64,000 nt of DNA from Nostoc sp. DedSLP01 (GCA_034530875.2 JAVRCJ020000011.1:96001-160000), one strand, 5' to 3'; numbered from the stretch's first letter, positions 49,689-60,628 are shown. The notes: generated from the sequence alone by a model not told the origin. A program made the numbers and translations.

Positions 49689-51077
49689 TTATTTCCTTCC
49701 TACTTCCTGGACTTTGCCTTGAGCCTTCAAATGAATTTCGGCATCTGCTGGCATTCCCATTTTGGCGCAGGGTAAATCTGATTCAGTATAGGGATTTTCG
49801 GGGTTCAAGCAGCTATCAGGATTTTGAATTTGGATGCGAATTCCTACTACTTGTCTGACTCTATCTTTTTGGAAGTAAATATTTTCTGGTGTAAATGAAG
49901 CTTGAGGATCGATCGCAATTACTTTTCCTGCTAGTGGTTTGTCTGGCGCAGAGTCAATGAAGATGTTCGCTGTTTGTCCTAAACGCACTTTGCCAATATC
50001 GCCTTCGGGAACGAAACCTCTAAAATAAACTGTCTTGGGGTCAACAATTGTCAAAATATTAGTCTGGCTGTTAACTACTGCACCCGGTTCGACGCTACGG
50101 GCAGTTACTACGCCATCTAACGGACTAACTACATTTAAATCTTTTTTGGAGTCTGCAATCTGGGTGAGGAATTGTTGCTTTGTTGCTTGGGCATCTTTGA
50201 CTTTGGCGCGTGCAGATTTAACTTTTGCCTGGGCGGATTTAAGTTGAGCGTAACTTTGCTGCTGCTTTGTGACTAATGCTGTTAGTTGAGCGTTACGAAT
50301 GTCAGGATTGAAACCTGTGGTTTTAGCTTGAGTTAATGCCCCTTGAACTGCACTTAACTGTTGGCGTGCGGCATTCACTGCTGCTTCACGTGCTTCTAGG
50401 GTGGCTGTTGCTGTGTCAAAAGTTGTTTGTGCTTGGTCGAATTGTTGCCTATCGACCGCCCCTTCTTGGACTAATTGAGCGTAGCGATCGCGGTTGATTT
50501 TTGCTAAATTAACTTCTGCTGCTGCCTGTTTAACTTCGGCTTGTGCTTGTACTAATGTAGCTTTAGCTGCCGCTACATTTGATTTTGCTTGCTCAATTCT
50601 GCCTGCGGTATCTCCTTGGGACTGCTGCAAATTCAGTTTAGCTTCGTTAATTTGGCTATTAATTTCTTGAATTTCTTTGGCAACTCGCTCCATATCTGAA
50701 ATTGCCTGTTGTTCGTCATATTCGGCAGATGTCACTCTTGCTTGAGCGCCGCGCAGTTGGTCTTGCAGTAATTGTTCGTCTATACTGTCTAACTCAATTA
50801 ACTTTTGCCCTTTTTTCACTGCTGCGCCTTCTCGCACAGCAATTGACTCAATTCGGCCAGAACGCTTCACCCCAATTTCGGTTTCATAGCCTTCAATTCG
50901 ACCGCTAACTTGCACTACATTCAGCGATTCTTGCGGTTGACTGCGCCACCAAGCATAACCAATACCACCTACCAACAGCAATCCTGCTATTAACAAAGGT
51001 ATCGGTTTTCCGTGACGCTGCTTGGTTAGCGATCGATCCTGAAGATTTTCCGAGGATGGGGGGACAGCCTGAGTCAT
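49689..51077 (-). CDS. HlyD family membrane fusion protein (YbhG-like)
   Basis: N-terminal TM, SGRIEG, long coiled coil, SPLDGVV, ASFTPENI. Confidence 0.92.
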   Translation of the reverse strand: MTQAVPPSSENLQDRSLTKQRHGKPIPLLIAGLLLVGGIGYAWWRSQPQESLNVVQVSGRIEGYETEIGVKRSGRIESIAVREGAAVKKGQKLIELDSIDEQLLQDQLRGAQARVTSAEYDEQQAISDMERVAKEIQEINSQINEAKLNLQQSQGDTAGRIEQAKSNVAAAKATLVQAQAEVKQAAAEVNLAKINRDRYAQLVQEGAVDRQQFDQAQTTFDTATATLEAREAAVNAARQQLSAVQGALTQAKTTGFNPDIRNAQLTALVTKQQQSYAQLKSAQAKVKSARAKVKDAQATKQQFLTQIADSKKDLNVVSPLDGVVTARSVEPGAVVNSQTNILTIVDPKTVYFRGFVPEGDIGKVRLGQTANIFIDSAPDKPLAGKVIAIDPQASFTPENIYFQKDRVRQVVGIRIQIQNPDSCLNPENPYTESDLPCAKMGMPADAEIHLKAQGKVQEVGRK

Positions 51078-51104
51078 TGTAGCACCCTGGATTGTATATT
51101 TGTC

Positions 51105-51129
51105 ATCATACTAGACTGTCTAGTATGAT
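51105..51129. promoter_or_regulatory. Putative TetR operator
   Basis: Perfect palindrome ATCATACTAGAC-T-GTCTAGTATGAT between divergent hlyD and tetR. Confidence 0.75.
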
Positions 51130-51163
51130 CAAACAACGTTACGTACCAAAAAATTTACTTTTC

Positions 51164-51790
51164 ATGTCCCCTAATCTTACTTCTCAACTAGAAAATTCCT
51201 TACCTGCCATAACTCAAAAGCAGGAGCAAATCTTGGAGGGAGCGACAAGAATATTTTTGCAGGAGGGTTACGCTAGAACAAGTATGGATCGCGTAAGTGC
51301 GGAAGCTGGGGTATCAAAGCAAACAATATACAGTCACTTTCGAGATAAAGAAGGTCTGTTTAAGGCTTTGATAGAAAGGTTGACACTCGCTTGTTTGCAA
51401 AGCATTTTTTTTACAGAAGAATTGCACCAAGACAAACCAGCGATTTTGTTACGTCAAGTTGCTGAAACTTATTTAACCAAAGTCGCCGATAATCCCGATT
51501 ATTTAGCCTTGTTGCGCTTGATTATTACCGAGTCAAAGAACTTTCCCGAACTAGCCAAACTTTATAGCCAAACCGTTGTGCAGCGCGGTCAGCAAATACT
51601 CGCCCAATATTTTGCATCCCATCCAGAATTAAAAATCACCGATCCAGAAGCAATGGCTCATATTTTTTTTGGTTCGCTGGTATCCTACGTAATCGTCCAA
51701 GAAATTTTACATGGAAAAGAACTAATGTTTTTATCCCGCGAACGTTTGTTAGACAGCTTAATTAACATGTTCTCATTCCAAAAGCTTTGA
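51164..51790 (+). CDS. TetR/AcrR family transcriptional regulator
   Basis: FLQEGYARTSMDRVS.EAGVSKQTIYSHF.DKE.LF; start uncertain (51125 or 51164). Confidence 0.92.
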   Translation: MSPNLTSQLENSLPAITQKQEQILEGATRIFLQEGYARTSMDRVSAEAGVSKQTIYSHFRDKEGLFKALIERLTLACLQSIFFTEELHQDKPAILLRQVAETYLTKVADNPDYLALLRLIITESKNFPELAKLYSQTVVQRGQQILAQYFASHPELKITDPEAMAHIFFGSLVSYVIVQEILHGKELMFLSRERLLDSLINMFSFQKL

Positions 51791-51797
51791 TGGAAGA

Positions 51798-51932
51798 AAG
51801 GCAGGAGGCAGGAGGCAGGAGGCAGAAGGAGATGGGGAAGTGTGGGGAGTGTGGGGAGAAAGAGAATTTATACCCCTCTCTCTTCCCATACTTCCCACAC
51901 CTCCCACACCTCCTAATGCCCAATGCCCCATA
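51798..51932. repeat. STRR and inverted GGGGAAGT/ACTTCCC tracts
   Basis: aggcagg repeats followed by mirrored purine/pyrimidine tracts between convergent genes. Confidence 0.7.
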
Positions 51933-51945
51933 CCCTTCCTCAGTC

Positions 51946-53037
51946 CTAAAATCCCATTGCTTCGGCTACTGCTTTGAGTTCCGCTGCGATGCCTTGTTTA
52001 AATTGACTGTGATTGTGCTTAATGGCTGTATCTGGATCTTTTAAACCATTGCCAGTAAGGACGCAAACTACTGTAGCTCCTGTGGGAATTTGGTCTTTCA
52101 CCTGTAGCAAGCCAGCTACAGAAGCAGCACTAGCAGGTTCGCAGAAGATACCTTCTGATGATGCCAAAAGTCGATAAGCGTCCAAAATCTCGTCATCGGT
52201 AACGGCGTGAAACTTTCCTTCACTGGCAGATTGTGCTGCGATCGCCAATTGCCAACTAGCAGGGTTACCGATGCGAATTGCTGTGGCGATGGTGTCGGGA
52301 TGGGGTACTGGTTCACCGCGTACTAAAGGCGCTGCACCTGCGGCTTGGAATCCCATCATCTTCGGTAAGCGATCGCATTTTCCGGCTTGATGATATTGGC
52401 AAAATCCCATCCAATATGCTGATATGTTTCCCGCATTCCCTACAGGGATACATAGCCAGTCTGGGGCATCACCCAAGGCATCGACGATTTCAAAGGCTGC
52501 TGTTTTTTGTCCTTCCAGACGATAGGGATTGACCGAATTCACCAAAGTGATGGGGTAATGTTCAGCCATCTCGCGGACAATTTCGAGGGCTTGGTCAAAA
52601 TTTCCTTTAATTGCTAATACTTCTGCCCCGTAAACTAACGCTTGAGCTAACTTACCCAATGCCACATAACCGTCGGGAATCAGCACAAAAGCACTCATTC
52701 CGCCACGCCTAGCATAAGCAGCCGCCGCAGCTGAAGTATTACCCGTACTGGCACAAATTACCGCTTTTGCCCCTTCTTCCTTGGCTTTGGAAATTGCCAT
52801 CGTCATCCCTCGGTCTTTGAAGCTGCCGGTGGGATTGAGACCGTCGTATTTGACAAAAACACGTACTTGTCTGCCAATACGTTCTGCGATCGCTGGCACT
52901 GGTATCAGGGGTGTGTTCCCCTCCAAAAGAGTGACAACCGGGGTTATTTCGCTGACAGGCAAGAATTCGCGATAGGCTTCTATCAGTCCGGGCCAAGGTT
53001 GGCGATGAGATTTAGCAGCAGACAGGCTCAAAGTCAC
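51946..53037 (-). CDS. thrC: Threonine synthase
   Basis: [15 protein letters not shown] lysine, [36 protein letters not shown]. Confidence 0.93.
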   Translation of the reverse strand: MTLSLSAAKSHRQPWPGLIEAYREFLPVSEITPVVTLLEGNTPLIPVPAIAERIGRQVRVFVKYDGLNPTGSFKDRGMTMAISKAKEEGAKAVICASTGNTSAAAAAYARRGGMSAFVLIPDGYVALGKLAQALVYGAEVLAIKGNFDQALEIVREMAEHYPITLVNSVNPYRLEGQKTAAFEIVDALGDAPDWLCIPVGNAGNISAYWMGFCQYHQAGKCDRLPKMMGFQAAGAAPLVRGEPVPHPDTIATAIRIGNPASWQLAIAAQSASEGKFHAVTDDEILDAYRLLASSEGIFCEPASAASVAGLLQVKDQIPTGATVVCVLTGNGLKDPDTAIKHNHSQFKQGIAAELKAVAEAMGF

Positions 53038-53046
53038 GGGATTTTA

Positions 53047-53340
53047 ATTAGGGATTAGGGATTAGGGATTGGGAACTGGGGATTGGTTATTCCCTTAGTA
53101 TTCATTATCTGAATTCCAAGAGAATATTATTCAGAATATTATTTTTTGTGCTGCAAGGCGTCTTAAACTTGCGATTTTTATTTATTGAGAATGTCAGTCT
53201 ATCATAACGAGTGGCTATTGGGCATGGGACAAGCAGGGAGTGTGGGAGGTGTGGGAGGAGAGGGGGCATAAATTCTCTTTCTCCCCACACTTCCCCATCC
53301 CCCCAGTCCCCAGTCACCAGTCCTCAGTCCCCAGTCTCCC
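53047..53340. repeat. STRR tracts (GGGATTA; CCCCAGT) upstream of thrC
   Basis: ttaggga x3-4 at about 53047-53090 and ccccagt x4-5 at about 53300-53340. Confidence 0.7.
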
Positions 53341-53499
53341 AGATTTGGAACAGAACCCTTCTTATCGCAGTCTCTTATAAGTGAATCTAAAACTTATTAA
53401 ACTAAATGATGGAAAATACACAATAATTTAACAAACCTTAAAATAGGCTTATTATAATATTTCTATTGGTGTGAGTTTAATTTGCGGATTTAATTAAAG

Positions 53500-53697
53500 A
53501 TGCCTACTTGTCTACCCAGTGTTTCAGATCGCCAGTCCCAAGCTAACTTGGCCGAAAAGTTAACCAAGGCTTATTATCAAGACGATCAGCAAGCTAAATT
53601 TATGCATTTACAAGCAGAGATAGATTCTCTGTTGGAGCAGTTGGAAAACCTCAAGAACCAACGTTTAGCTGCGACTAGCCAAGAAGAACTAAGCTAA
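53500..53697 (+). CDS. Small hypothetical protein
   Basis: 65 aa with helical C-terminus YQDDQQAKFMHLQAEIDSLL. Confidence 0.6.
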   Translation: MPTCLPSVSDRQSQANLAEKLTKAYYQDDQQAKFMHLQAEIDSLLEQLENLKNQRLAATSQEELS

Positions 53698-53709
53698 TTT
53701 TCTGAAATA

Positions 53710-53738
53710 GCGATGTCTGCGACGGGCTACGCCAACGC
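53710..53738. repeat. 21-nt short dispersed repeat inserted in a HIP1 site (SDR5-like)
   Basis: GCGAT[GTCTGCGACGGGCTACGCCAA]CGC. Confidence 0.75.
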
Positions 53739-53774
53739 CACCACTTCTTTGGGGCATGTTTTGGTAAGTGCTTG

Positions 53775-56123
53775 CTATTCAATGCGTTGGTTTTTCTCTG
53801 ACCAGCGCTCAACACTATACTTGTCAGCATTTTCTACCAGTAAAGCTAAGGATTGTACGCCTGAAAGCTTGGCGATCGCAGACAATCTCTGAGAGGAATT
53901 TTTTTCAAAATCTGTGTAAATTACTCGCTGGCTATCAGACAAAATTATCGTGCGGTCATGAGAGCGATTTGTCTTTCCTTCGGCAGTTTCAGCTTCAGTC
54001 TGATTTAAAGATGCGATCGTTGCTGCTGAAATCGTGAGTACTATTTCCGGCTTGCCATTATTTGTTAAATCGATGGTTTGAACGGGCCAATCGCCTAATT
54101 TGTCCTGCATCTGGTCAAAGCTAGGAATAGCACCAGGCGGAACCTCTCCAGATTTTTGTAAAGATTCCCACAGACTCGCGAGTATTGCCTTGACTCCTGA
54201 CGGATTTTGTGTATTCAGTTCTCGGAGAGTGATGGGAAATGGTTGCACCCATTCCAGTGCTGTATTTGTCAGGGCTAAGGGTTTCGGTTGGAAATCGCTT
54301 TGATTTTGGGGAATTTTGGGCCCTGCAACTAATAAGCGCAAAACATTATCCCGTAATTGCACAGCTTTGATAGCGACTATAGAAATTCTTTGTTCTCCGT
54401 TTGGTAGCCATATCACTATCTGAATTTCTGGGTCAGAATTAATTCCCAAAGTTGCCCAGAGAAATTTTGCGGAGGAAGTTTCCGGCAGGTTCAAATTTTC
54501 AAAAGGAAAATTTAGCCAGCGTTTGCCGTCAAAAAATGCACTCACCTGCACTTGATACCAAACTTGGTTATCTGGAAGTTTTAACTCTGCTGTAGAATTT
54601 GGTTGTAGCCACTCGCTGGTAGTAACTTGCGCGATCGGTTGCACTGTCCCAACAATTTGGCTGGGGTGGGATGTTTGCAACTTTATAGTCTCACCATCGA
54701 GTTTTGCTAACAGACTTTGAATATAAGCCAAACTATCTTTTGTAATTTGTGGTTGCGTCTTTAACCAAGAATTTGCAGCCTCTTGACCTTGTTGAACTGC
54801 TAAAATCAAGGCGAACCAAGCTTGTACCTCTTGTCTATTTGGGTTTACTCGCAACGCTGCGACTGCACGATTCCACAAGCGTCTTTCATCAGCTTTCAGT
54901 AGGGTAGTAATTTCTTGGACATTATGCGGCGACGCTTCAAATACCTGTAAAGCTTTCCCCCAGCGCCCATCAATTAAATCTGCAAGTACTTGTTCGCTAG
55001 GGCTGGCCCAACTTTTGTTGGCTTGGGCTTTAGTAAGTTGGGAATGCAAACGAATGACATCCATTTGGGCTTGCGCCGGCTGTGGTAATGCCTTACGCTG
55101 TTTTTTGATAAATTTCAACCATTCCAAAGCTGGCGTCCACAGTCCGTTACGGGCAATTGACAAGGCATTTTGGTATGCAGGATCTTTGAGTGTTGCCGAT
55201 TTCAGGCTTATTGCCTCTAATTGAATTGGTTTGAGAAATAATTTTAGAGGCTTGACTTGGTAAACCTCGAAGTAAGGTTCTAAACCTACTGTTCGATCTA
55301 CAATTAACTCTTTTGTCGCATCGCCAGTTACCTGCTGCCATTTGGGTGATTGACCTTTGGGGCTTTTCCAGGACAACATCTGTTGTAAATTGCTGCGTTC
55401 TGGATTGTAGTATATGATGTAGCCGTAAGTTACAGTACCAGTTCCTTGTTGCCGTTCGCCGCGCAAATTAAACCAAACCCCTGGTGATGGTGGGTTGTCA
55501 TCCAAGCGTTGTACCTTAGTTAAAGGTAGGGGAATACTGATATCCTGGGGTTCTAAGGCTGCATCAGCTAAGGAAGACATGACAAAGGATTCTTCTGGCC
55601 CAGTTATTGCTAATTGAGCATCTAAATAATAATAGTCTTCTGGCTCAGACTTAAACTCTAACTCTTGCGATCGCTGATAAACTCTGATTTCCACAAGTTG
55701 TTGACAATCAGATTCACAATTAGGACGCTGCTGAAAAACAGGCATTAAAAATGAGTTTTTCGTACCTTGATATAAAGGCAAAGTTTCCCCAATTATGAGC
55801 TTTTTGCTACTCAAATCGAGTTCAATCTTTTTGAGAGTTTGGGGACGTTCGTATTTACCAAGGGGAATTTGCGCCCACGCAGGTAAAATTTTATTTACCC
55901 AGCTTACTTGGTCTGGATTAAAGATGAAGAGAGCGCTAATCCAGGCAAAACCCACAATTAAAGTACCACTACCCAACAGAATTGCGATCGCTAACGTTGA
56001 CAACAACCAACTTCCTCGTTTTGGTTTTTGCAGCGGTTTTTTAACAACACGTTTCATCGCACCAGCACGAGGTTGATTTAGTTTAGAAGTTTTTGGCGTC
56101 AACTTGCGCGATCGTTTTGCCAT
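53775..56123 (-). CDS. Conserved cyanobacterial membrane-anchored hypothetical protein
   Basis: Basic N-terminus, one TM, large soluble part with a helical/TPR-like middle and an IDLTNNGKPE motif; start MAKRSR at 56123 (upstream extension is STRR). Confidence 0.82.
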   Translation of the reverse strand: MAKRSRKLTPKTSKLNQPRAGAMKRVVKKPLQKPKRGSWLLSTLAIAILLGSGTLIVGFAWISALFIFNPDQVSWVNKILPAWAQIPLGKYERPQTLKKIELDLSSKKLIIGETLPLYQGTKNSFLMPVFQQRPNCESDCQQLVEIRVYQRSQELEFKSEPEDYYYLDAQLAITGPEESFVMSSLADAALEPQDISIPLPLTKVQRLDDNPPSPGVWFNLRGERQQGTGTVTYGYIIYYNPERSNLQQMLSWKSPKGQSPKWQQVTGDATKELIVDRTVGLEPYFEVYQVKPLKLFLKPIQLEAISLKSATLKDPAYQNALSIARNGLWTPALEWLKFIKKQRKALPQPAQAQMDVIRLHSQLTKAQANKSWASPSEQVLADLIDGRWGKALQVFEASPHNVQEITTLLKADERRLWNRAVAALRVNPNRQEVQAWFALILAVQQGQEAANSWLKTQPQITKDSLAYIQSLLAKLDGETIKLQTSHPSQIVGTVQPIAQVTTSEWLQPNSTAELKLPDNQVWYQVQVSAFFDGKRWLNFPFENLNLPETSSAKFLWATLGINSDPEIQIVIWLPNGEQRISIVAIKAVQLRDNVLRLLVAGPKIPQNQSDFQPKPLALTNTALEWVQPFPITLRELNTQNPSGVKAILASLWESLQKSGEVPPGAIPSFDQMQDKLGDWPVQTIDLTNNGKPEIVLTISAATIASLNQTEAETAEGKTNRSHDRTIILSDSQRVIYTDFEKNSSQRLSAIAKLSGVQSLALLVENADKYSVERWSEKNQRIE

Positions 56124-56127
56124 TGGT

Positions 56128-56295
56128 GGGTATTGGGGAGTAGGGAGTAGGGAATAGGGAGTGAGGGAAGAAATGACGATGGAGGAGCAAGGGAAGTAGG
56201 GGAAGTAGGGGAAGTAAAGGAAGAAACAGAATTTATGCTTCCCACACCTCCCACACCTCCCCATCTCCCCATCTCCCCACTCCCCACTCCCTATT
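56128..56295. repeat. STRR/inverted repeat tract
   Basis: gggagta, ggggaagta and ccccatct/cccactc repeats. Confidence 0.75.
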
Positions 56296-56439
56296 GCCTA
56301 ATAGTTATACTCGCCCTTTGTAGAGTTGCCCAGAAGGATGATGTCTAATTTTGTACAAAATCCGTAAATTTACTCATGTTAGTGCGAAACAATCGGGAAT
56401 ACACTCTTCACTTAAGTATGCGAGCAGAGTATAAAAAAA

Positions 56440-58134
56440 TTGAAAGGTAAACTTATTAGCGGCAAACATCACACAATCTTGATGCTCGTATGGTTACTAA
56501 TTGCGGGAATCAATTTAGTTGTAGAAAAAGCGATCGCTATTCCAACCAACACGGAAACTACTGAGAATTCAGAAATTAAGAGCGATATTATACCCTCACC
56601 CACTTCAGGAGATCCGATGGCACAAGTCACATCGGTTTCTCAACTTAACGACGTACAACCTAATGATTGGGCTTTCGCAGCATTGCAGTCTCTAGTAGAA
56701 CGTTATGGTTGTATATCTGGTTATCCAAATAGCAGCTATCGGGGTAATCGTGCCTTAACTCGATATGAATTTGCTGCCGGTGTCAATGCTTGTTTAGATA
56801 GAATTAACGAGTTAATCGCTACAGCCACCGGTGATTTAGTTAAGCGGGAAGATTTAACAGTATTACAAAAATTGCAGGAAGAATTTGCTGCTGAATTAGC
56901 GACTTTAAAGGGTCGTGTTGATAGTTTAGAAGCTAGAAGTGCCGAACTTGAAGCCAACCAATTCTCAACAACAACTAAACTCAGCGGACTGCTGATAGTC
57001 GGGGTTCAAGGACGAACCGATAATCGTGGTGATGTTAATTTTAGAGATGGTCAAAAAGATACAGATGATGGTGGAACAAACATTAATGTTATTTCCTTGT
57101 CGCAACTGTATTTAACTAGTCAAATTACTCCCCGAAGTTACTTGTTCACAGGTTTGCTAGCTGGTAAAGGTACTACCGCACCAAGATTTACCAATAGCGT
57201 TTCTCGGAACGATGTTTTACTTGGCTACGAATTTCCTACAGATAGTTTGATTGTTAGCGACCTCAATTTCCATTGGTTGGTGACAAATAAATTAGCAGTG
57301 ATGGTGGGAACAGAAGGCGTAAGTATACCAACTGCTTTCCGAGGGCCAAATCGAGTAGAAAGTGCAGCAACAGGGCCGCTGTCTTATTTTGCCCAAAGAA
57401 ACCCAATTTTAAATACGGGATACGGCCATGGTGGTATAGCAATTGATTGGCAATTTGCTAAACGCGCTAGTTTGCAGGCAATTTATACTAGCTATCAACC
57501 AGGAAATCCCGGTCAAGGTAGCGGTTTATTTGATGGCAACACTACTACAGGCGTGCAGTTGTTACTGACACCAACTGATTCTGTAGATTTAAGTTTGTAT
57601 TACGTAAATAATTATTCTTCGGATGGTTGTTTGCTAACCTTTGTTGGCGATGAATGCTTAACTGCTGTTAACAGCGCCACTGGAAAATCAGCCCCGTTGC
57701 AAACCAACGCCGTAGGTGCGACTGTAACTTGGCAAATTTCAAAGAGTATCAGTGCAGGTGCATGGGGCGGTTATACTAAGTCTTATATTCCTGGACAATC
57801 GGGAAATGTCCAAACAACCAATTATATGGTGTTTTTGAATTTCCCTGATTTATTTGCTAAAGGTAATTTAGGCGGTATTTATGTCGGACAACCGCCAAAA
57901 ATTACCAGTAGCAATCTACCTGTAGGAAATAATGTCCCTGATTTCATTAATACTGGTTTAGGACGTGCAGGAGGTCAGCCGGGAACAACTACTCAAATTG
58001 AAGCATTTTATCGTTTTCAGATAAACAATAACATTAGCATTACACCAGGCATTATTCATATTTTAGAACCCGGCCATACACCAGATAGTGACTCAGTTAC
58101 TATCGGCATACTGCGAAGTACTTTTACTTTTTAG
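56440..58134 (+). CDS. Cyanobacterial SLH/OprB-type outer membrane porin
   Basis: QVTSVSQLNDVQPNDWAF.ALQSLVERYGC, RYEFAAG, FSTTTKL, C-terminal RSTFTF. Confidence 0.93.
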   Translation: MKGKLISGKHHTILMLVWLLIAGINLVVEKAIAIPTNTETTENSEIKSDIIPSPTSGDPMAQVTSVSQLNDVQPNDWAFAALQSLVERYGCISGYPNSSYRGNRALTRYEFAAGVNACLDRINELIATATGDLVKREDLTVLQKLQEEFAAELATLKGRVDSLEARSAELEANQFSTTTKLSGLLIVGVQGRTDNRGDVNFRDGQKDTDDGGTNINVISLSQLYLTSQITPRSYLFTGLLAGKGTTAPRFTNSVSRNDVLLGYEFPTDSLIVSDLNFHWLVTNKLAVMVGTEGVSIPTAFRGPNRVESAATGPLSYFAQRNPILNTGYGHGGIAIDWQFAKRASLQAIYTSYQPGNPGQGSGLFDGNTTTGVQLLLTPTDSVDLSLYYVNNYSSDGCLLTFVGDECLTAVNSATGKSAPLQTNAVGATVTWQISKSISAGAWGGYTKSYIPGQSGNVQTTNYMVFLNFPDLFAKGNLGGIYVGQPPKITSSNLPVGNNVPDFINTGLGRAGGQPGTTTQIEAFYRFQINNNISITPGIIHILEPGHTPDSDSVTIGILRSTFTF

Positions 58135-58294
58135 TGTAAAAATCCGAAATCCTGAATTATTAGCCCTTTGGTAACCAAACTTAATAATTTCAGTTTATCT
58201 CTTTCGGCATGTATAAAAATTCTAGATAATTCAATTCCCATATCTCTTTCAATGACCAATGCCCTATGCCCCATTCCCCATTTTCGAGAGATAT

Positions 58295-58323
58295 AAAAAA
58301 GGTTTGGTGGTGAGCCAAACCTT
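58295..58323 (-). terminator. Rho-independent terminator-like hairpin
   Basis: AAGGTTTGG-tggtgag-CCAAACCTT with an A-run on the left (U-run on the minus strand). Confidence 0.6.
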
Positions 58324-58812
58324 AATATAAATCCAGTGCATAACAACATCCCGCATTAATTTACTCATTATTAGATTTATAGGCCATCTTCCTATAGGAA
58401 GTGTGCAAATATCTTCAAAGCTGATAAAGGGCTTGTTTAGTATAAGTGAATACTTAAAATAAAAATTATTCTGTCATAGCTTTTATGCTAAGCAGAAAAA
58501 TTTAGATACTAAAAAATATGTAAGATAGTTTGGAATAACCTATTTTTGAACAATATTCAAAAATAGCGATCGCACTTGATAAATCTGAAATTTACGAAAA
58601 TATAATTGACTAATTGAAAAATAAGATACGAATAAAAATAAGCCTGCCATCACTAACAAGCCTATATGTATATATGACATTCAAGTTGATGGAGTTCACA
58701 AGGATTCGTCTGGTAGCTAAGTAGAAATTGTTTTACCTTGCTAGGGTAGACGATTGTATATTATGAATACAGTAATTATGCTGTATTCCCTAAAATTTAG
58801 GTTTTCTCAGTA

Positions 58813-59088
58813 TTAACCACCAGCGACAGCAGGGACAATACTTACTTCATCGCCGTCGTTAAGGCGTGTATCTGCGCCTTTTAAAAAGCGAATATCTTCG
58901 TCGTTGAGGTAAAAATTCACAAACCGTCTTAGCTTTCCTTCTTCATCACACAATCGTGATTTAAAACCAGGAAAGCTTGCTTCTAATGAATCCACAAGTT
59001 CAGCAATGGTGTTGCCGCTAGATTCTACGGTAGCTTGGTTATTGGTAAATTGTTGAAGAGCTGTAGGAACTAAGACTGTTACGGACAT
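58813..59088 (-). CDS. MoaD/ThiS family ubiquitin-like sulfur carrier (CysO-like)
   Basis: 91 aa, [15 protein letters not shown]-terminal PAVAGG. Confidence 0.92.
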   Translation of the reverse strand: MSVTVLVPTALQQFTNNQATVESSGNTIAELVDSLEASFPGFKSRLCDEEGKLRRFVNFYLNDEDIRFLKGADTRLNDGDEVSIVPAVAGG

Positions 59089-59112
59089 AGAAGTAGAAAG
59101 TTAAAAATGAAA

Positions 59113-59282
59113 AGTGAGGAGTCAGGAGCGAGGAGTGAAAAGTTAGGAGTGAGGAGTTAGGAATAAAAAACTCATAACTCATAACTCATAACTCCTAAGC
59201 CAGGAGTGAAAAGTTAGGAGTGAGGAATTAGGAATAAAAACTCATAACTCATAACTCATAACTCCTAACTCATAACTCATAA
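59113..59282. repeat. Duplicated composite STRR hairpin
   Basis: Two copies of ggagtgaaaagttaggagtgagga..ttaggaataaaaa-(ctcataa)3-ctcctaa. Confidence 0.8.
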
Positions 59283-60590
59283 TTAAACGAGGACTTGTTG
59301 CCATTCCAAGCGATCTAGAGTACGCGATCGCTCTAGGGCACGTTCAAAACTATCGAGTTTGGCATCAATAGTCAAGGGTTCGCCAATATAGCCTTGTACT
59401 GCTTCTTGGGTTTTCAAACCATTACCAGTGATGTAAACCACGGTAGTTTCATCTGGATCTATCTTGCCAGCTTCTACCAATTTTTTCAGCACAGCTACGG
59501 TTGTACCGCCTGCTGTTTCTGTGAAGATGCCTTCGGTTTCTGCTAGCAGCTTGATGCCTTCGATAATTTCTCCATCGTTGACTGATTCAATGTTACCACC
59601 AGTCTTCTGAGCTATATCCACAGCATAAATGCCGTCTGCTGGGTTACCGATCGCAATTGATTTGGCAATTGTATTTGGTTTTACTGGTTTAATAAAGTCG
59701 CGCCCTTCTTTAAATGCTTGGGCGATGGGCGAACAACCTTCAGCTTGAGCGCCGCTGAAACGAACCTTCTTACCTGCTACCAAACCAACTTCGACAAATT
59801 CTTGGAAGCCCTTATAAATTTTGCTAAATAGAGAGCCAGAAGCTAAAGGAGCAACAATATGGTCGGGTAATTCCCAGCCTAATTGTTCTGCAACTTCAAA
59901 GCCCAGCGTTTTAGAACCTTCAGAGTAGTAGGGACGCAAATTAATATTGACAAATCCCCAACCGTATGTATTTGCAACTTCCGAACACAAACGATTGACT
60001 TGATCGTAGTTGCCCTTTACAGCCATCAGGGTGGGACTGTAAATCAAACTGCCGAGAATTTTACCAGCTTCCAAATCAGCGGGGATGAATACACAGCAAT
60101 CTAAACCGGCGTGAGCTGCGATCGCCGCTGTAGAATTTGCCAAGTTACCAGTACTGGCGCAGGAAACTGTGGAAAAACCCAACTCTCTTGCCCTGGAGAG
60201 GGCGACTGATACCACCCGATCCTTAAAGCTGAGGGTGGGCATATTCACAGCATCATTTTTAATATAAAGCTTGTTTAGACCCAGGCGGCGGGCAAGACGA
60301 TGGGAACGAACCAAGGGGGTCATACCAGTTCCCACATCTATAACGTTGTCAGTTGCGACAGGTAAAAAGGGACGGTAGCGCCAAATTGAATTAGGGCCGG
60401 CTTTAATTGTTTCCCGAGTGACGGTTTGACGCAGAGCGCTGTAGTCATACATGACTTCCAAAGGCCCAAAGCATAACTCACAAACATTGCTGGCTTTGGG
60501 TTCGTATTCCGCGCCACATTCCTTACACTTCAAGGCTTTAAAAAATGTAGCATTACCGACTTGGGATTGGGTTGTGATTGCCTGAGTCAT
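59283..60590 (-). CDS. Threonine synthase-like PLP enzyme (second paralog, N-terminal zinc ribbon)
   Basis: CKEC..CELC, NMPTLSFKDR, CASTGNLA, TGNGLKT. Confidence 0.9.
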   Translation of the reverse strand: MTQAITTQSQVGNATFFKALKCKECGAEYEPKASNVCELCFGPLEVMYDYSALRQTVTRETIKAGPNSIWRYRPFLPVATDNVIDVGTGMTPLVRSHRLARRLGLNKLYIKNDAVNMPTLSFKDRVVSVALSRARELGFSTVSCASTGNLANSTAAIAAHAGLDCCVFIPADLEAGKILGSLIYSPTLMAVKGNYDQVNRLCSEVANTYGWGFVNINLRPYYSEGSKTLGFEVAEQLGWELPDHIVAPLASGSLFSKIYKGFQEFVEVGLVAGKKVRFSGAQAEGCSPIAQAFKEGRDFIKPVKPNTIAKSIAIGNPADGIYAVDIAQKTGGNIESVNDGEIIEGIKLLAETEGIFTETAGGTTVAVLKKLVEAGKIDPDETTVVYITGNGLKTQEAVQGYIGEPLTIDAKLDSFERALERSRTLDRLEWQQVLV

Positions 60591-60628
60591 AAACTAGCTT
60601 TCCCTGTCTGTCCATCAACTGTCGCCTG

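Noticed and set aside
51787..56287. Short ORFs 51787-52044, 53105-53317, 56099-56287 and the N-terminal extension of the 829-aa ORF
   Set aside because: Derived from STRR/low-complexity repeats.
56396..56404. GGGAATACA upstream of the porin as a SigJ/SigF-type promoter
   Set aside because: Lacks the final conserved T of the recalled consensus and is too short to support.
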